Source of the DNA: a virus
DNA: 64,000 nt
Virus record (IMG/VR): IMGVR_UViG_3300009081_000001
Span: 23,060-87,059 of that record
Strand: one strand, 5' to 3'
Made by a program: the position numbers and the translations under genes. A model generated the notes under the pieces. It saw only the letters and a program-made list of their open reading frames with translations, was not told the origin of the DNA and searched no databases. Shown piece after piece: positions 49,901 to 58,900 of this stretch. Every line of letters starts with the position of its first letter. Positions within the stretch are counted from its first letter, which is position 1.

Positions 49901-51128
49901 CTTGCACTACCAGGGTAAAGCTATCATCCAGTGCGGCGGGTAGGGTGTTGTCTCCTTCACTGACAGCGGGTGCCATCTTGAAGGAAGTCCTGAATATGTC
50001 CGTCCCGTTATGGGATACCATCTCATCTGCTACAAAGATAGAGCAGTGGAACTCGCCACGGCACCAGATATCGTTGAACTCTGCATCCCCGGTGTGTGCA
50101 ATCTGCCAGCCGGTCAAGCCCGAGACGAAACCTGGATTGCCTGATTCCAAGTCGCCATCCAGGGACATAAGGATAAGGTCATTCCCTGTATGGTCTAGAA
50201 TCTGGAGATAGTAAGCGTTCTGGTTCTCAAGTCCCTGAATGACAAGGCCCTTGTCAGTGACAGCCCCCGGCTTGACAGTTAGCGCCCCCCTATAGGTAGG
50301 TTCTGTATCCGGTGGAGTCCCGGCGTTGATGTATACCTTGTTCTCGCTGGCATCCACCCACAACAGATTTCCGTCGGAAACGAAGTCATCCCCGCTGGCA
50401 ATCTGTACCGCAGGGCCAGAGGGAGTAAGAGTCAGTGTGCCGTCACTCTCTGCCGTGAGAGTAGCATAGTTGGATTCATCATAGGACAGTTGCAGGTGTG
50501 TAGTGTCGTCGCTCTTTATCTCAAGCACCGCATCGGGTGACGTAGAAGTAAGGGTGTTGGCGCTGGACACCATCAGCTTTGCGGCGAAGTTCCAGAGTGC
50601 CGTTATCGCCTCTTGCTGGTCGTGCTCTGCATAGTTGGTATGGAGATCCCCTGCATCCCCTGCAGAGTGCAACCACGTCACAGATGCACCACTTGCCTCA
50701 ACACTCGTAGCCAGGCCACCACGGAAGTTGAAATCTATCCCGCTGGCAATGCCGCCATAGTCATCCTCGATGTTGATCTCGGCTGTCTGCTGGATGATCG
50801 TAACGTCTCCACTCTCACCCGCAACCGCGACGCTGGCCGGTGTGCCTGATGCACTCTCCCTGTACTCTAAGAGGGACTGGATAGACGCCTTTTCCCCAAG
50901 CCAGCGTAGGCCAACCCTATCCCCTATCTGGAGAGAGGAATAGTCCAGGCCCGCAACAGGGACAGAGCGCACCAGTAGCCCACCTACACGAACATCGGCG
51001 TTCCCTATCCCGACTCTCGTGATCGTGCCCTCGTTACGTTTCAATGTACCCCCATGCTGCCCAAGTGAAGGTGATGGCGTGTTCCCCGTTATAGACAGAG
51101 CCATCCCTGAACCGGAACTTGGCCGCAA
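46983..51128 (-). CDS. Tail fibre / receptor-binding protein with CBM-like and LamG-like domains
   Basis: 1381 aa G/S/T-rich; NIVANPS...YYFSAYVR...FYADGLQLE (CBM-like); GTVIVWF...HCAVFTW...LYLDG...GTISEIA...LTADQV (LamG); true start may be ~51044. Confidence 0.75.
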   Translation of the reverse strand: MRPSSGSGMALSITGNTPSPSLGQHGGTLKRNEGTITRVGIGNADVRVGGLLVRSVPVAGLDYSSLQIGDRVGLRWLGEKASIQSLLEYRESASGTPASVAVAGESGDVTIIQQTAEINIEDDYGGIASGIDFNFRGGLATSVEASGASVTWLHSAGDAGDLHTNYAEHDQQEAITALWNFAAKLMVSSANTLTSTSPDAVLEIKSDDTTHLQLSYDESNYATLTAESDGTLTLTPSGPAVQIASGDDFVSDGNLLWVDASENKVYINAGTPPDTEPTYRGALTVKPGAVTDKGLVIQGLENQNAYYLQILDHTGNDLILMSLDGDLESGNPGFVSGLTGWQIAHTGDAEFNDIWCRGEFHCSIFVADEMVSHNGTDIFRTSFKMAPAVSEGDNTLPAALDDSFTLVVQASWDTGLCYVANNDLLRLKFMARDEAGTGLDLWDLYLEVNGVPSSNSDRDLTEGNPGTYDVNCVWRKGGVATLAIPQGASGVVWCKVDQVSGYTGAILITSDLQYAPYLDIFTVDNTKTGSWGPSYDPPTITPRVRLGNLNGVLGLSEEWGIAASTDLSNASIDNYLILSDQQLTLKGVHQYWIDSAGNVRGELDPTAGDGDNLLWLGASESGARFKVYGDGDLWLSMLAISEDSGSFLFSQANGLALWGPHGEMSATTWASTRGQTAAITGAFHQVQGRWIGTRGLVIEAGCTNIVANPSAGVNVTDWWAIANGTRARSTAQYLYDGASFLLTTDTTGDGPIMYNTEAVTNPVQNTVYYFSAYVRAAAGTSGDTAQVIIRETGGATATELTIGTVTLSSTRWQRVWVTHTVLRADRTALRVDVRSLSTTAGDSFYADGLQLEVTRLTTVAIGSMNWCTWSGTAHNSTTTRVENTVQAPIGGTVDTSAGTVIVWFKINDLANPSGGVLWCLGNANSEFDGRVVADGSISYRINADVRCTSAAGSITANTEHCAVFTWNVAGDVSTLYLDGALVDTGTCGGGGWTAGTYLGIGYTPIVGTALNLGGTISEIATLSSVLTADQVAAMYALQRPLVDAGSTASPGIYILDGKFAIASSTSGTRLEMNSTRLAIGDGVTSSAGAGVWLGIDAGTPKFRLASAASGARVQIDPAGGYQAYTSGAQSVSIQPDGDVFFGSDISAVATTAIAIFANAQNYGSPAEAMEAGDILIGDNSVNRASILWDQSAGKLLFRGGSPRETQAYINTDGSIAAGGGAVNLNSGGLAFNDSNAHSSTCSWRNGSDIHGRIYVIRTEPPFANQRTLYMTTGASYEADSNIELFAFTNEAGYDTEVALSTSTNSNIGYIKLTTEDGVGTTITMLGDVDITGDLYCSGVLSTDQGTTKWELGGYTAGAPTPDGYLTVTINGAAYRVAVDKV

Positions 51129-51591
51129 AGGACGTGGTAAGCCTCTGATAGACCGTGACCGTTGCTGCCTGTCCTACCGTGGGGCAGCAGAGCACAACGT
51201 CAGGCGGTTCAGCGAACGCGGTCCCAAACGTGCCCCGCCCTCGGTTCTCGTCGTCGTCGGCGTTGTACCTGTCCGTGGTGCCGGTCCCTATCTGGCATAT
51301 CAGTTGCCTCTTGGTGATGCCCGCCACGTAATCAGACAGCCCATGCACACCAGAGCTACCGCCTGGGTCATCGGGCGTCTCTCCTGTGCCTGCACCCTGG
51401 ACGTGGATACTTAGCTTCTCATGGTCCAGGTAGGTATCATCAATAGGGTCATCCGTCAGGCTGCTATGGGCAATAGCCCCACCCTTACCAGAGCTATGGT
51501 CGTGGTGCTTTATCAGGTCATCACGCAGCCGATTGAACTGGTTTGCAGTTATGTTCCCACTGGCAAGATCAGAGCTTACAATCTGGCTCAT
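51034..51591 (-). CDS. Tail-associated protein, paralog 2 (gp53/H-lectin-like C-terminus)
   Basis: HDHS.GKGG motif; FGTAFAEPP.V...FTWAAWG. Confidence 0.6.
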   Translation of the reverse strand: MSQIVSSDLASGNITANQFNRLRDDLIKHHDHSSGKGGAIAHSSLTDDPIDDTYLDHEKLSIHVQGAGTGETPDDPGGSSGVHGLSDYVAGITKRQLICQIGTGTTDRYNADDDENRGRGTFGTAFAEPPDVVLCCPTVGQAATVTVYQRLTTSFAAKFRFRDGSVYNGEHAITFTWAAWGYIET

Positions 51592-52154
51592 GCTGGTTCG
51601 CCTATCCCAGTCCAACTAAAGGTCGCGCCATATTGCCCGGTTGCCTTGGCACCAAAGGGAAAGCCTATCAGGGCGGTAAAGCCCGATGTGGTGATGTTCG
51701 TGGCCCCTATCCTGGCACTGTTGCTATCCTGGGGAGTGATGTAGACCGTAGGCGTAGCACCAAAGGCGACAGGGAAGGTCGCGTTGTAAATCTGGTCCAC
51801 GTACTCACCGGACACTACCACCGTATCATCTGTGACAGCCGTGCCATGTTGCATGATGAGCTGTGCCCCGACACAACCCATGACGTAGGCAGTAGAGGGC
51901 AAGCCGTGTACCCCCTGGCTCCCCCCTGGATCGTCGGGTTCGGTGCTTGTCCCGGCCCCCTGCACATGCTTGTTCAACTGCTCGTGTGTCAGGTAGGTGC
52001 CGGTGATAGCTCCATCGCTCAAGTTGCCATGAGAGACGGTGCCCCCCTTACCGGCGCTGTGGTCATGCTCTGTAAGAAGGTCTGCCCGCAGATTGTTGTA
52101 GTGTGTTACGTCACTCTGCTGCCCGTTCGCTAGAACCGTGCTTGTGATTGCCAT
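51588..52154 (-). CDS. Tail-associated protein, paralog 1 (gp53/H-lectin-like C-terminus)
   Basis: HDHS.GKGG motif; TFPVAFGATPTVYIT...NITTSGF...FSWTGIG. Confidence 0.6.
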   Translation of the reverse strand: MAITSTVLANGQQSDVTHYNNLRADLLTEHDHSAGKGGTVSHGNLSDGAITGTYLTHEQLNKHVQGAGTSTEPDDPGGSQGVHGLPSTAYVMGCVGAQLIMQHGTAVTDDTVVVSGEYVDQIYNATFPVAFGATPTVYITPQDSNSARIGATNITTSGFTALIGFPFGAKATGQYGATFSWTGIGEPA

Positions 52155-55100
52155 TATGAATACTTGAACTCCCCATAGTTGTCCGTGCCCCACACACCCG
52201 CCGTCTCCGGTGCCACCTGTGACCGTAGCCGTACCGCCATACCAGCCTTGATGCTCGTAGCGTTCCGTGCAAGGTTCATATCGTAGTCGTTGACGATGTA
52301 GCCCACGCCATTCACCGACACTTCATCCTCTGGCTCAACCGCCGGGTCTGGTGCATAGAGAATGACCATCCCACCCGTTGCCTGCTCCCTCGCAAGGACA
52401 GTAAGCCGCCTCGCTTCCTGTAGCGTCTCTGCCTCTGTCACCACAACGGGATTGTCGCTCTGCCTAAACCGGAGGCCGTACATCGCCGTCTCCGGCTCCA
52501 GGTAGTACGTCCTTACCTCTGCCCCGGTGAGGCCCATAAGAGAGGGAACGGGATTGACGTTCTCTCCCCTCTGGATCACAGGAGTCTCCCACGCACCTAG
52601 CCCATCCCTCACAGGATACTCACCAATAGATACCGTGCCGTCTGCTCTCTCCACCAGTTTGACGTGCCTGCCACGTAGCAGCCTGGATATAGCAGAATTG
52701 GCATCTTCCTCTGCGCCCCATACGAACGCATCCTGCATGGTGCCAAACTCTTGCAGGGTATAGGTGCCGGTGCCGTTCTCCGCACAGTAGCCATAGCCCG
52801 GTGTTTCAACATGCACAAAGCAACCGAGATAGTGTTGGTCTGCATACACGTACACATTTCCGTCGGAAATGATCACGTTGATCGTGGGCTCGTCGGATAC
52901 GTCGATGGTCACAAGGTTGGGGTATTTCCTCAAGAGAGAGTAGGCCCCGCCGTCCACGCAGTAGTAGAGATAATGGTAAGAGTCGTCTACTTCTACCTTC
53001 CAGCCGGTGTAGTCTGCTATGGTAGAGGCATGGAAGATGACGCTTGGAACCGCCTCGCCACTGATAGACACAGAGATATCTTTGTACTGTACCGTATCGC
53101 CAATGGCACTCATGGCCCCGGCAAAGACAGACGTGCGCCCCACTCCCGAGAGGGCAAGCATATCATTCACAATATCATCTTGGGTCCAGGCGGGCTTACC
53201 ATCACACCAGGATAGGTCCGAGAATAGAACATAGGGGCTACCCTTGGTAGTGAACAGGCCCCACTCTGTTCCCACCGATGGGATCTCACTCCAGGCAGTG
53301 TCAACCGTGAGGGCAATGAAGTTGCCAGCCTCATCCTCGACCACGGTAAAGTCGTTGACTTGTCGCCAGTCATTATTGCACCAGCAGTACTGCCCCAGGA
53401 CAGCAGCGGTAAAGTCCTTTGTAGAGTCTTGTATCTGCTGTGCAAAGGCTTTCGTGACCGTACCGCTATCCTCTGCAGCAGTGAAGTTGGCCCTGTCCAA
53501 AACAGACAGGCCAATGTGATAGGGCAATGGGGGTGAATCACTCTCCCCGATAGTGGCATAGCTGATATCGGCGTCGGCGCTGGAGAAGTCCTCTGTCTCT
53601 ATGTTCTGGAAGTAACAGCGCACCAGGCCAGGGCGCAGATCCAGATAGAGGGAGTACCACGTATCTACCACGGCAGCAAAGGCAGACACCGCCTTGTTGA
53701 TACGCACCCCCCTGATGATGCGGTCAATCACCAGCTTGCGGGTGCCAGCGTCATTGTAGATACCGGCCCGCCAGTAGTTGTCTATATCCTCATAGAAGAA
53801 GACAATGAAAGCACCCTCTACCGAGGTCTTGAATTTGAAGTGGGTAGTACAGGTGAGCCAGGGGCTTGAGATGGACCGGGGTACAACACACAGCCCCTCT
53901 TCTGTGGCGCTAACCGGCTCCCCCTTCATGCACCATCGGGCACGGTCAGCAGGCTTGGTACACGTCCATGTACCCTGCACTTGAGCGATAGAATACCGCT
54001 GCTCCCCGGTGTCGCTGTTGAAGTTGGTGTACCAGGCAGTGGGCGACTCGTACAGCTTGCCAGCGGGCGGCTGATATGCACCATCCCCGGTGAGCCAATA
54101 AAGAGGGCCACGCGCAGAGATACGGTAGCGGTCAGCCTGGTAGGATTCCTCTCGCTGCTTCTGGCCGAGATACCCGGTAAAGATGGTATCACTGTCTCCC
54201 CCCGAGATCCCTAGCTGAACCGTAAGCTCGTTGTCAGCTCGTAGTAATGTACTTGTAGAGAGAGCATCCCCCACGTTTAGCAGTGATGACTCTACCGTTG
54301 TTGCGCTGCCTGCCCCCGGTGCCGTGATGCGCCAGGCATCTGCCTCTGTGATCGTCTTCTTGAGAGCAGCATTGTCGTAGCCAAGTTTATATGACGCTGC
54401 CCCACGGTAGACAAGAGCATTGCCAGCAACGTAGCAGTAAGCCTCATCTGCTACGTACAAGAGATTCCCGGTGCAGTAGTGAGAGCCCACAAAGCCCTCA
54501 TCCCGCCAGTATCGCCCATCTGCCGTAGAGGATAGACCAACATGGTAAGCATAGGGCACACCGTCAGAGCCTTCAAGCGCCCGATAGGTCACACACCAGA
54601 CACGGCTATTGATGGTCGTCAGGCCGGTGGGCAATACCCTATAGGTTGCATCGTCAGGACCACCACCTAGCATCAAGTATGGCTGCGAGTAGCTATCCAT
54701 TGCGGGGTTGTAGGTCATCGAGTGTGCAGAGCCATGCTTGGCAAGGTTCAGCACCAGAATATAGGTGCTGCCTACCTTTGCTGCATCGGAGAATAGAGCG
54801 TCTTGGGCTTCCAAGTCCTCAAAGTCCCACGCCACCTTTGTCGAGGTAGTTAGCCACTCAGCGCCATTCCAGTATATGTATTTCACCCATAGATAATGTG
54901 TCTTAAAGCCAACAACGAAGGCTTCACTAACAGTTACGGGATGGATGGCAACAGCATCAAAGCCATAAGCACTGATGTTCGCCCCGCTGCCTGTCTTGTT
55001 GCTCCAGCCCCACGCTCCGGTGCCGGTATTATATGACAGTGTTTCGCGGTAGACGGCATTGTTGTTCGAGTACCAGACATAGAAAGCCCTGGTCGTGGTG

Positions 55101-55489
55101 CCACCAGCACTGAACACCCCTACTCTGCAATAGTCATCGGGGGTTGTCTCGCTGTTCGTTATATCGGCATAGGCCCAATCAGCAGCGTCGGCCCCATCGT
55201 TCGTGATACTCGCAAAGTAGTCTGCCGCGTCTCCCCACACAGCGGTGTTCAGGAGTCTCAGCTTCCATGCCCCGTTGACGCAGCTATCCCCCCAAACGTA
55301 CCGCCCCTCTTTGTCATCGCTGGCATAGGTATCAGCATCAATCACATCGTAGGTGTTGTACACCAGGGGCAGCGGCTCTCCATTTCCGTCGGAAAACTGC
55401 AAGCGCAACTGGCGCAACGTCGCGGATAGAGTTGGCGTTACTTGTCCAGAAAGATATGCAGTTCTAACCGCTGGCGTAGTGGTTTTCAC
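52154..55489 (-). CDS. Large minor tail / baseplate-hub-like protein
   Basis: 1111 aa beta-rich protein, second gene after the tape-measure-position gene. Confidence 0.6.
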   Translation of the reverse strand: MKTTTPAVRTAYLSGQVTPTLSATLRQLRLQFSDGNGEPLPLVYNTYDVIDADTYASDDKEGRYVWGDSCVNGAWKLRLLNTAVWGDAADYFASITNDGADAADWAYADITNSETTPDDYCRVGVFSAGGTTTRAFYVWYSNNNAVYRETLSYNTGTGAWGWSNKTGSGANISAYGFDAVAIHPVTVSEAFVVGFKTHYLWVKYIYWNGAEWLTTSTKVAWDFEDLEAQDALFSDAAKVGSTYILVLNLAKHGSAHSMTYNPAMDSYSQPYLMLGGGPDDATYRVLPTGLTTINSRVWCVTYRALEGSDGVPYAYHVGLSSTADGRYWRDEGFVGSHYCTGNLLYVADEAYCYVAGNALVYRGAASYKLGYDNAALKKTITEADAWRITAPGAGSATTVESSLLNVGDALSTSTLLRADNELTVQLGISGGDSDTIFTGYLGQKQREESYQADRYRISARGPLYWLTGDGAYQPPAGKLYESPTAWYTNFNSDTGEQRYSIAQVQGTWTCTKPADRARWCMKGEPVSATEEGLCVVPRSISSPWLTCTTHFKFKTSVEGAFIVFFYEDIDNYWRAGIYNDAGTRKLVIDRIIRGVRINKAVSAFAAVVDTWYSLYLDLRPGLVRCYFQNIETEDFSSADADISYATIGESDSPPLPYHIGLSVLDRANFTAAEDSGTVTKAFAQQIQDSTKDFTAAVLGQYCWCNNDWRQVNDFTVVEDEAGNFIALTVDTAWSEIPSVGTEWGLFTTKGSPYVLFSDLSWCDGKPAWTQDDIVNDMLALSGVGRTSVFAGAMSAIGDTVQYKDISVSISGEAVPSVIFHASTIADYTGWKVEVDDSYHYLYYCVDGGAYSLLRKYPNLVTIDVSDEPTINVIISDGNVYVYADQHYLGCFVHVETPGYGYCAENGTGTYTLQEFGTMQDAFVWGAEEDANSAISRLLRGRHVKLVERADGTVSIGEYPVRDGLGAWETPVIQRGENVNPVPSLMGLTGAEVRTYYLEPETAMYGLRFRQSDNPVVVTEAETLQEARRLTVLAREQATGGMVILYAPDPAVEPEDEVSVNGVGYIVNDYDMNLARNATSIKAGMAVRLRSQVAPETAGVWGTDNYGEFKYS

Positions 55490-55908
55490 TTTTCCAACAG
55501 CCTCAACACCTGGACACGGTTGTTGCCTACCGGGTCATACTCTACTCGCGGATCCCAGTCGCTCACGTTTTCCGCATTCCAGAAAGCAGAGTCTTCAAAG
55601 GACTTGGCCTTGAGGTCTGTAGACTCCATCGCACTCTTTAGGTGAGCGTCTGTGCCATAGGTGTACGTCACTTCGTTGTAGACTATGGTTCCACTGGCGT
55701 CGTGGTCGAGCCAGATGCGTCCGGCAAACTCCCTCTTGTTGGCCGGTGCCCTCACCACAAGCAGAGTGCCAGCCGGGTTACGCGAGATGTCCTTGATGTA
55801 GGATAGACGCCCGCCCTCGTAGCCCTCAAGCAGCGTCACAAAGGCATACTTGTTGGCGTCACTGGCCCAGGTCAAGAGTAGATACGCTCGTGCAAACTTG
55901 TCGCTCAT
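55486..55908 (-). CDS. Distal-tail-position protein
   Basis: 140 aa directly after the tape-measure-position gene (ATGA overlap). Confidence 0.5.
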   Translation of the reverse strand: MSDKFARAYLLLTWASDANKYAFVTLLEGYEGGRLSYIKDISRNPAGTLLVVRAPANKREFAGRIWLDHDASGTIVYNEVTYTYGTDAHLKSAMESTDLKAKSFEDSAFWNAENVSDWDPRVEYDPVGNNRVQVLRLLEK

Positions 55909-58900
55909 TTCCAGGGCACCCCCCAACTACCCGCCTGTTTCCGTCGGAAATCGGCACTCTCCTGCACCGTCTCAATGTGTGCATCAAAGGTTTTGCCATC
56001 GTCCAGCACCAGTTTCATAGAGGCACCCTGCAATCCTGCAAAAAGGGCAGCAGCAAGGTCGTTGCTCGATGCTTGCTTGTTGGGATACGGAGCATTGTAC
56101 CCAGGTATCTCGGGCGGTGTCTCGCTCCAGGTCTGCTCATCTGCCGCCGTTGGCCCACTCCCCAACTTGGCTAGTATCTCGTCAATGAATGCCATCACTC
56201 GGTCATAGAGATCGCCACCCGCTGAGTACTGCTTGATCTGCCACGCCATGTACTTGGCGTGTGCATCCTCGATACCCTCTTGCAGCTTCATGCCCTTCTC
56301 TTGCAGGGCCAGGCCCTCAAGCTGAAAGTCGTGCTGCTTCTGCTGGTAGGGGAATACCACTTCTTCGTAGTACTTCTTCTGCCTCTGCAACTCTTCCAAC
56401 TGGTACTGCTGCTGCCTATCTTCCCATGCCTCTTGCAGCTTGCGCCTCTCATCCTCAAGCGCCCATATAGCAGTGTAGTCTTTCTTCCTCTGCTCGATCT
56501 GCTCCTTCTCCAGAGCATACCGCTCCAGAATGTGGCGCTCCTGCATCCTAAACTGCATCTCTTGTAGCTGAGTAGTGCGCTCGAAATGCTCTTTCTGCAA
56601 GCTAAACTTCTGGCGCTCCCACTCCATGACTTGCTTGGCGCGTTCCTCTTCTACGCCCCGCCTGTCCTCGGTGCGAGAGTACATCTCTTCCTGGTACTCC
56701 CTGCGGCGGAGTAGGCCCTGCTTCTCCCTGCCAGTGGATAGCCTGATAGAACGCTCCAGCTCGTCTTGCTGGTACTCGTGCTGGAACCCGGCCATCTGGC
56801 GGTTGTAGGCCATATCCTGCATCTGCCAGCCCTGCTGAGTCTCCATCTGGCCGAACTGGACACCCATCTGAACGCGCTGAAACTGTATGCCTTCCTGCCA
56901 GGTACGCCGGGACATACCCAGGTTCTCAAGGCTCTGCCGGGTAGACAGCTCAAGCCCGCGCTCTTGGAACTCGATACCCTTCATAGTCTGCTGGCGCTGT
57001 AGGTCGGTCATCTGATGGGTGATAGCCCTAATGGCCTTGGTGAACTCCATCAGGTCTTGTTGGATCTGGATCTGGCCTGTCATGCCAAAGCCCCATCCAA
57101 CAGAGGATTGACCGCCCCACTCCCCGGTGCCCATCTGAAACTGGTTTTGTGTCTGCTGGTATTCCCAGGATGCTTGTGTCTGCCGTCGGGATAGGCCAAG
57201 CTGCTGCCTGTTCAGAGCCCTGCGTTCCATCTGCCCATAAGAGTAGCCGTACTGGTCCATGAGTGCCGGGCCAGTAGGTGCCCCTGGTCCCTCTTCGTAG
57301 GCATTGAACAGCGCAGAGAGGCCAGAGCCAAGGCCGTATCCACCGGCCATCATGTTGTACCCTTGCTGGCTCATGCCAAACTGGGTAAGGCTCTGCATCT
57401 TCATGTACTGCTCTGCGGATAGCTGTGCAGAACCATAAACGGGCTGGTCATAGACCGGCATACCAGGCAAGCCCCCCACGTCACCCGGCGTTGCGGGCCT
57501 GGCGCTAAAGCCTGCCGTTGACGGCTCCAACATCTTGGCAAAGGCAGAAGAGAATCCAGCCGGTACACCCAAGGTCTGCCCGATCCCGCCAAGGCCCATC
57601 CGTTCCCTGGCAGCAAGGTTGAGCTGTGTGGTAGAGACTCCCGAGCCTAGCCAATCCGCATACTGCTCGACCATGCCAAGCCCCGGCGTGATACCCGCTT
57701 GCCCACCCGCGCTACCTAGCAACTGTGCAGCCATCATCCACTGCGCCTGCTCTGCTGGCTGTGCCTGTGTAGGCAACTCTGTAAGGAATGGCTGGATACC
57801 CTTCCCTGGTGCGATACCTAGATAGCCCGCAAACCTCTCAATCGAACTGGTATAGGCCCCCGCCTGTCCCAGTTGGGCCATAGGTGCAAGACGGTTGATA
57901 GCTTGCTGCGCTTGCCCGCCGCTGATCTGCTCCGGTGTATAGCCACCAAGAGACAAGAGCACCCCTAGCTCTCTGGCCTGTGCCGGGTCAAGGTTCAGCT
58001 TGTCCAGGTTCTCTAGGGTGATAGATGCCGTGTCGATCTGGAATTGTGCCGACTGCTTGTAGGCTGCAAGCCCTGCCTGGACCTCTTTACCGTAGCCCCC
58101 CTTCTCCTGATCCCCGGTGATAAGAGCCTCTACACCACCCTCGCTGAACAACTGCCTGAACCCATAGCCAACCCTGGACCACAGAGACGGCTTCTCCCTC
58201 TCGCCTGCCTGAATCTCTGCGTACTCCCTTTGTAGAGAGGGTAAGTCGCTGGCTGCATAGGACTGCCCGGCCATAGCGCCTGTTGCCACCAGTCCACCCA
58301 CACCAAGAGCCAGGGGGGCCGCTGCTGCCGTTACCGTTGCTCCAAAGCCCACGCCACCTGCCGTTAGAAGACTACCCGCCGTTGTCGCGGCGATACCCGT
58401 AGTTAGTCCAGCACCAAGCCCTGAGAGCAAGGGACCACCTACGCCACCAAGCGCCTGCCCCATCTGGAATGTAGGCTCAACCCCCATCATCCCCAGGAAT
58501 CCTGCCCTCTGCTGCAGGGCAGATGTACCAAGCCCCATCTGGAAAGAGCGTTGCGCGGCCTGGTACTGCATCATCTGCCCCATGCTGCCCTGCATCACGT
58601 CCTCATAGGACTGACCATAGGCAAGGCCGAACTGCATCCCGGCCATCTCGTAGGGCTCTGCCGCCTGTTCCCAACCCCCTACCACTCCCTTGGTGTAGCG
58701 GCTAACAACAGCCATCCTGATAGCAGCGCCACCGATGGAGAACTCTGATAGGAAGTCACCCATCAGGCCCCTGGCAGCACGGCCCCGGCCACCAGTAGCC
58801 GCCCCTCCCGCTGCTTGCAACTCAAGCTCTGTTCTCGCTTGTTGTGTATCTATGGCACCCAAGCGCCCCAGGATGCCACCACCTTCTCCCATTGCCATCG

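Noticed and set aside
51034-52154. Diversity-generating retroelement TR/VR pair
   Set aside because: No reverse transcriptase in the window, and the paralogs differ broadly rather than only at adenines.
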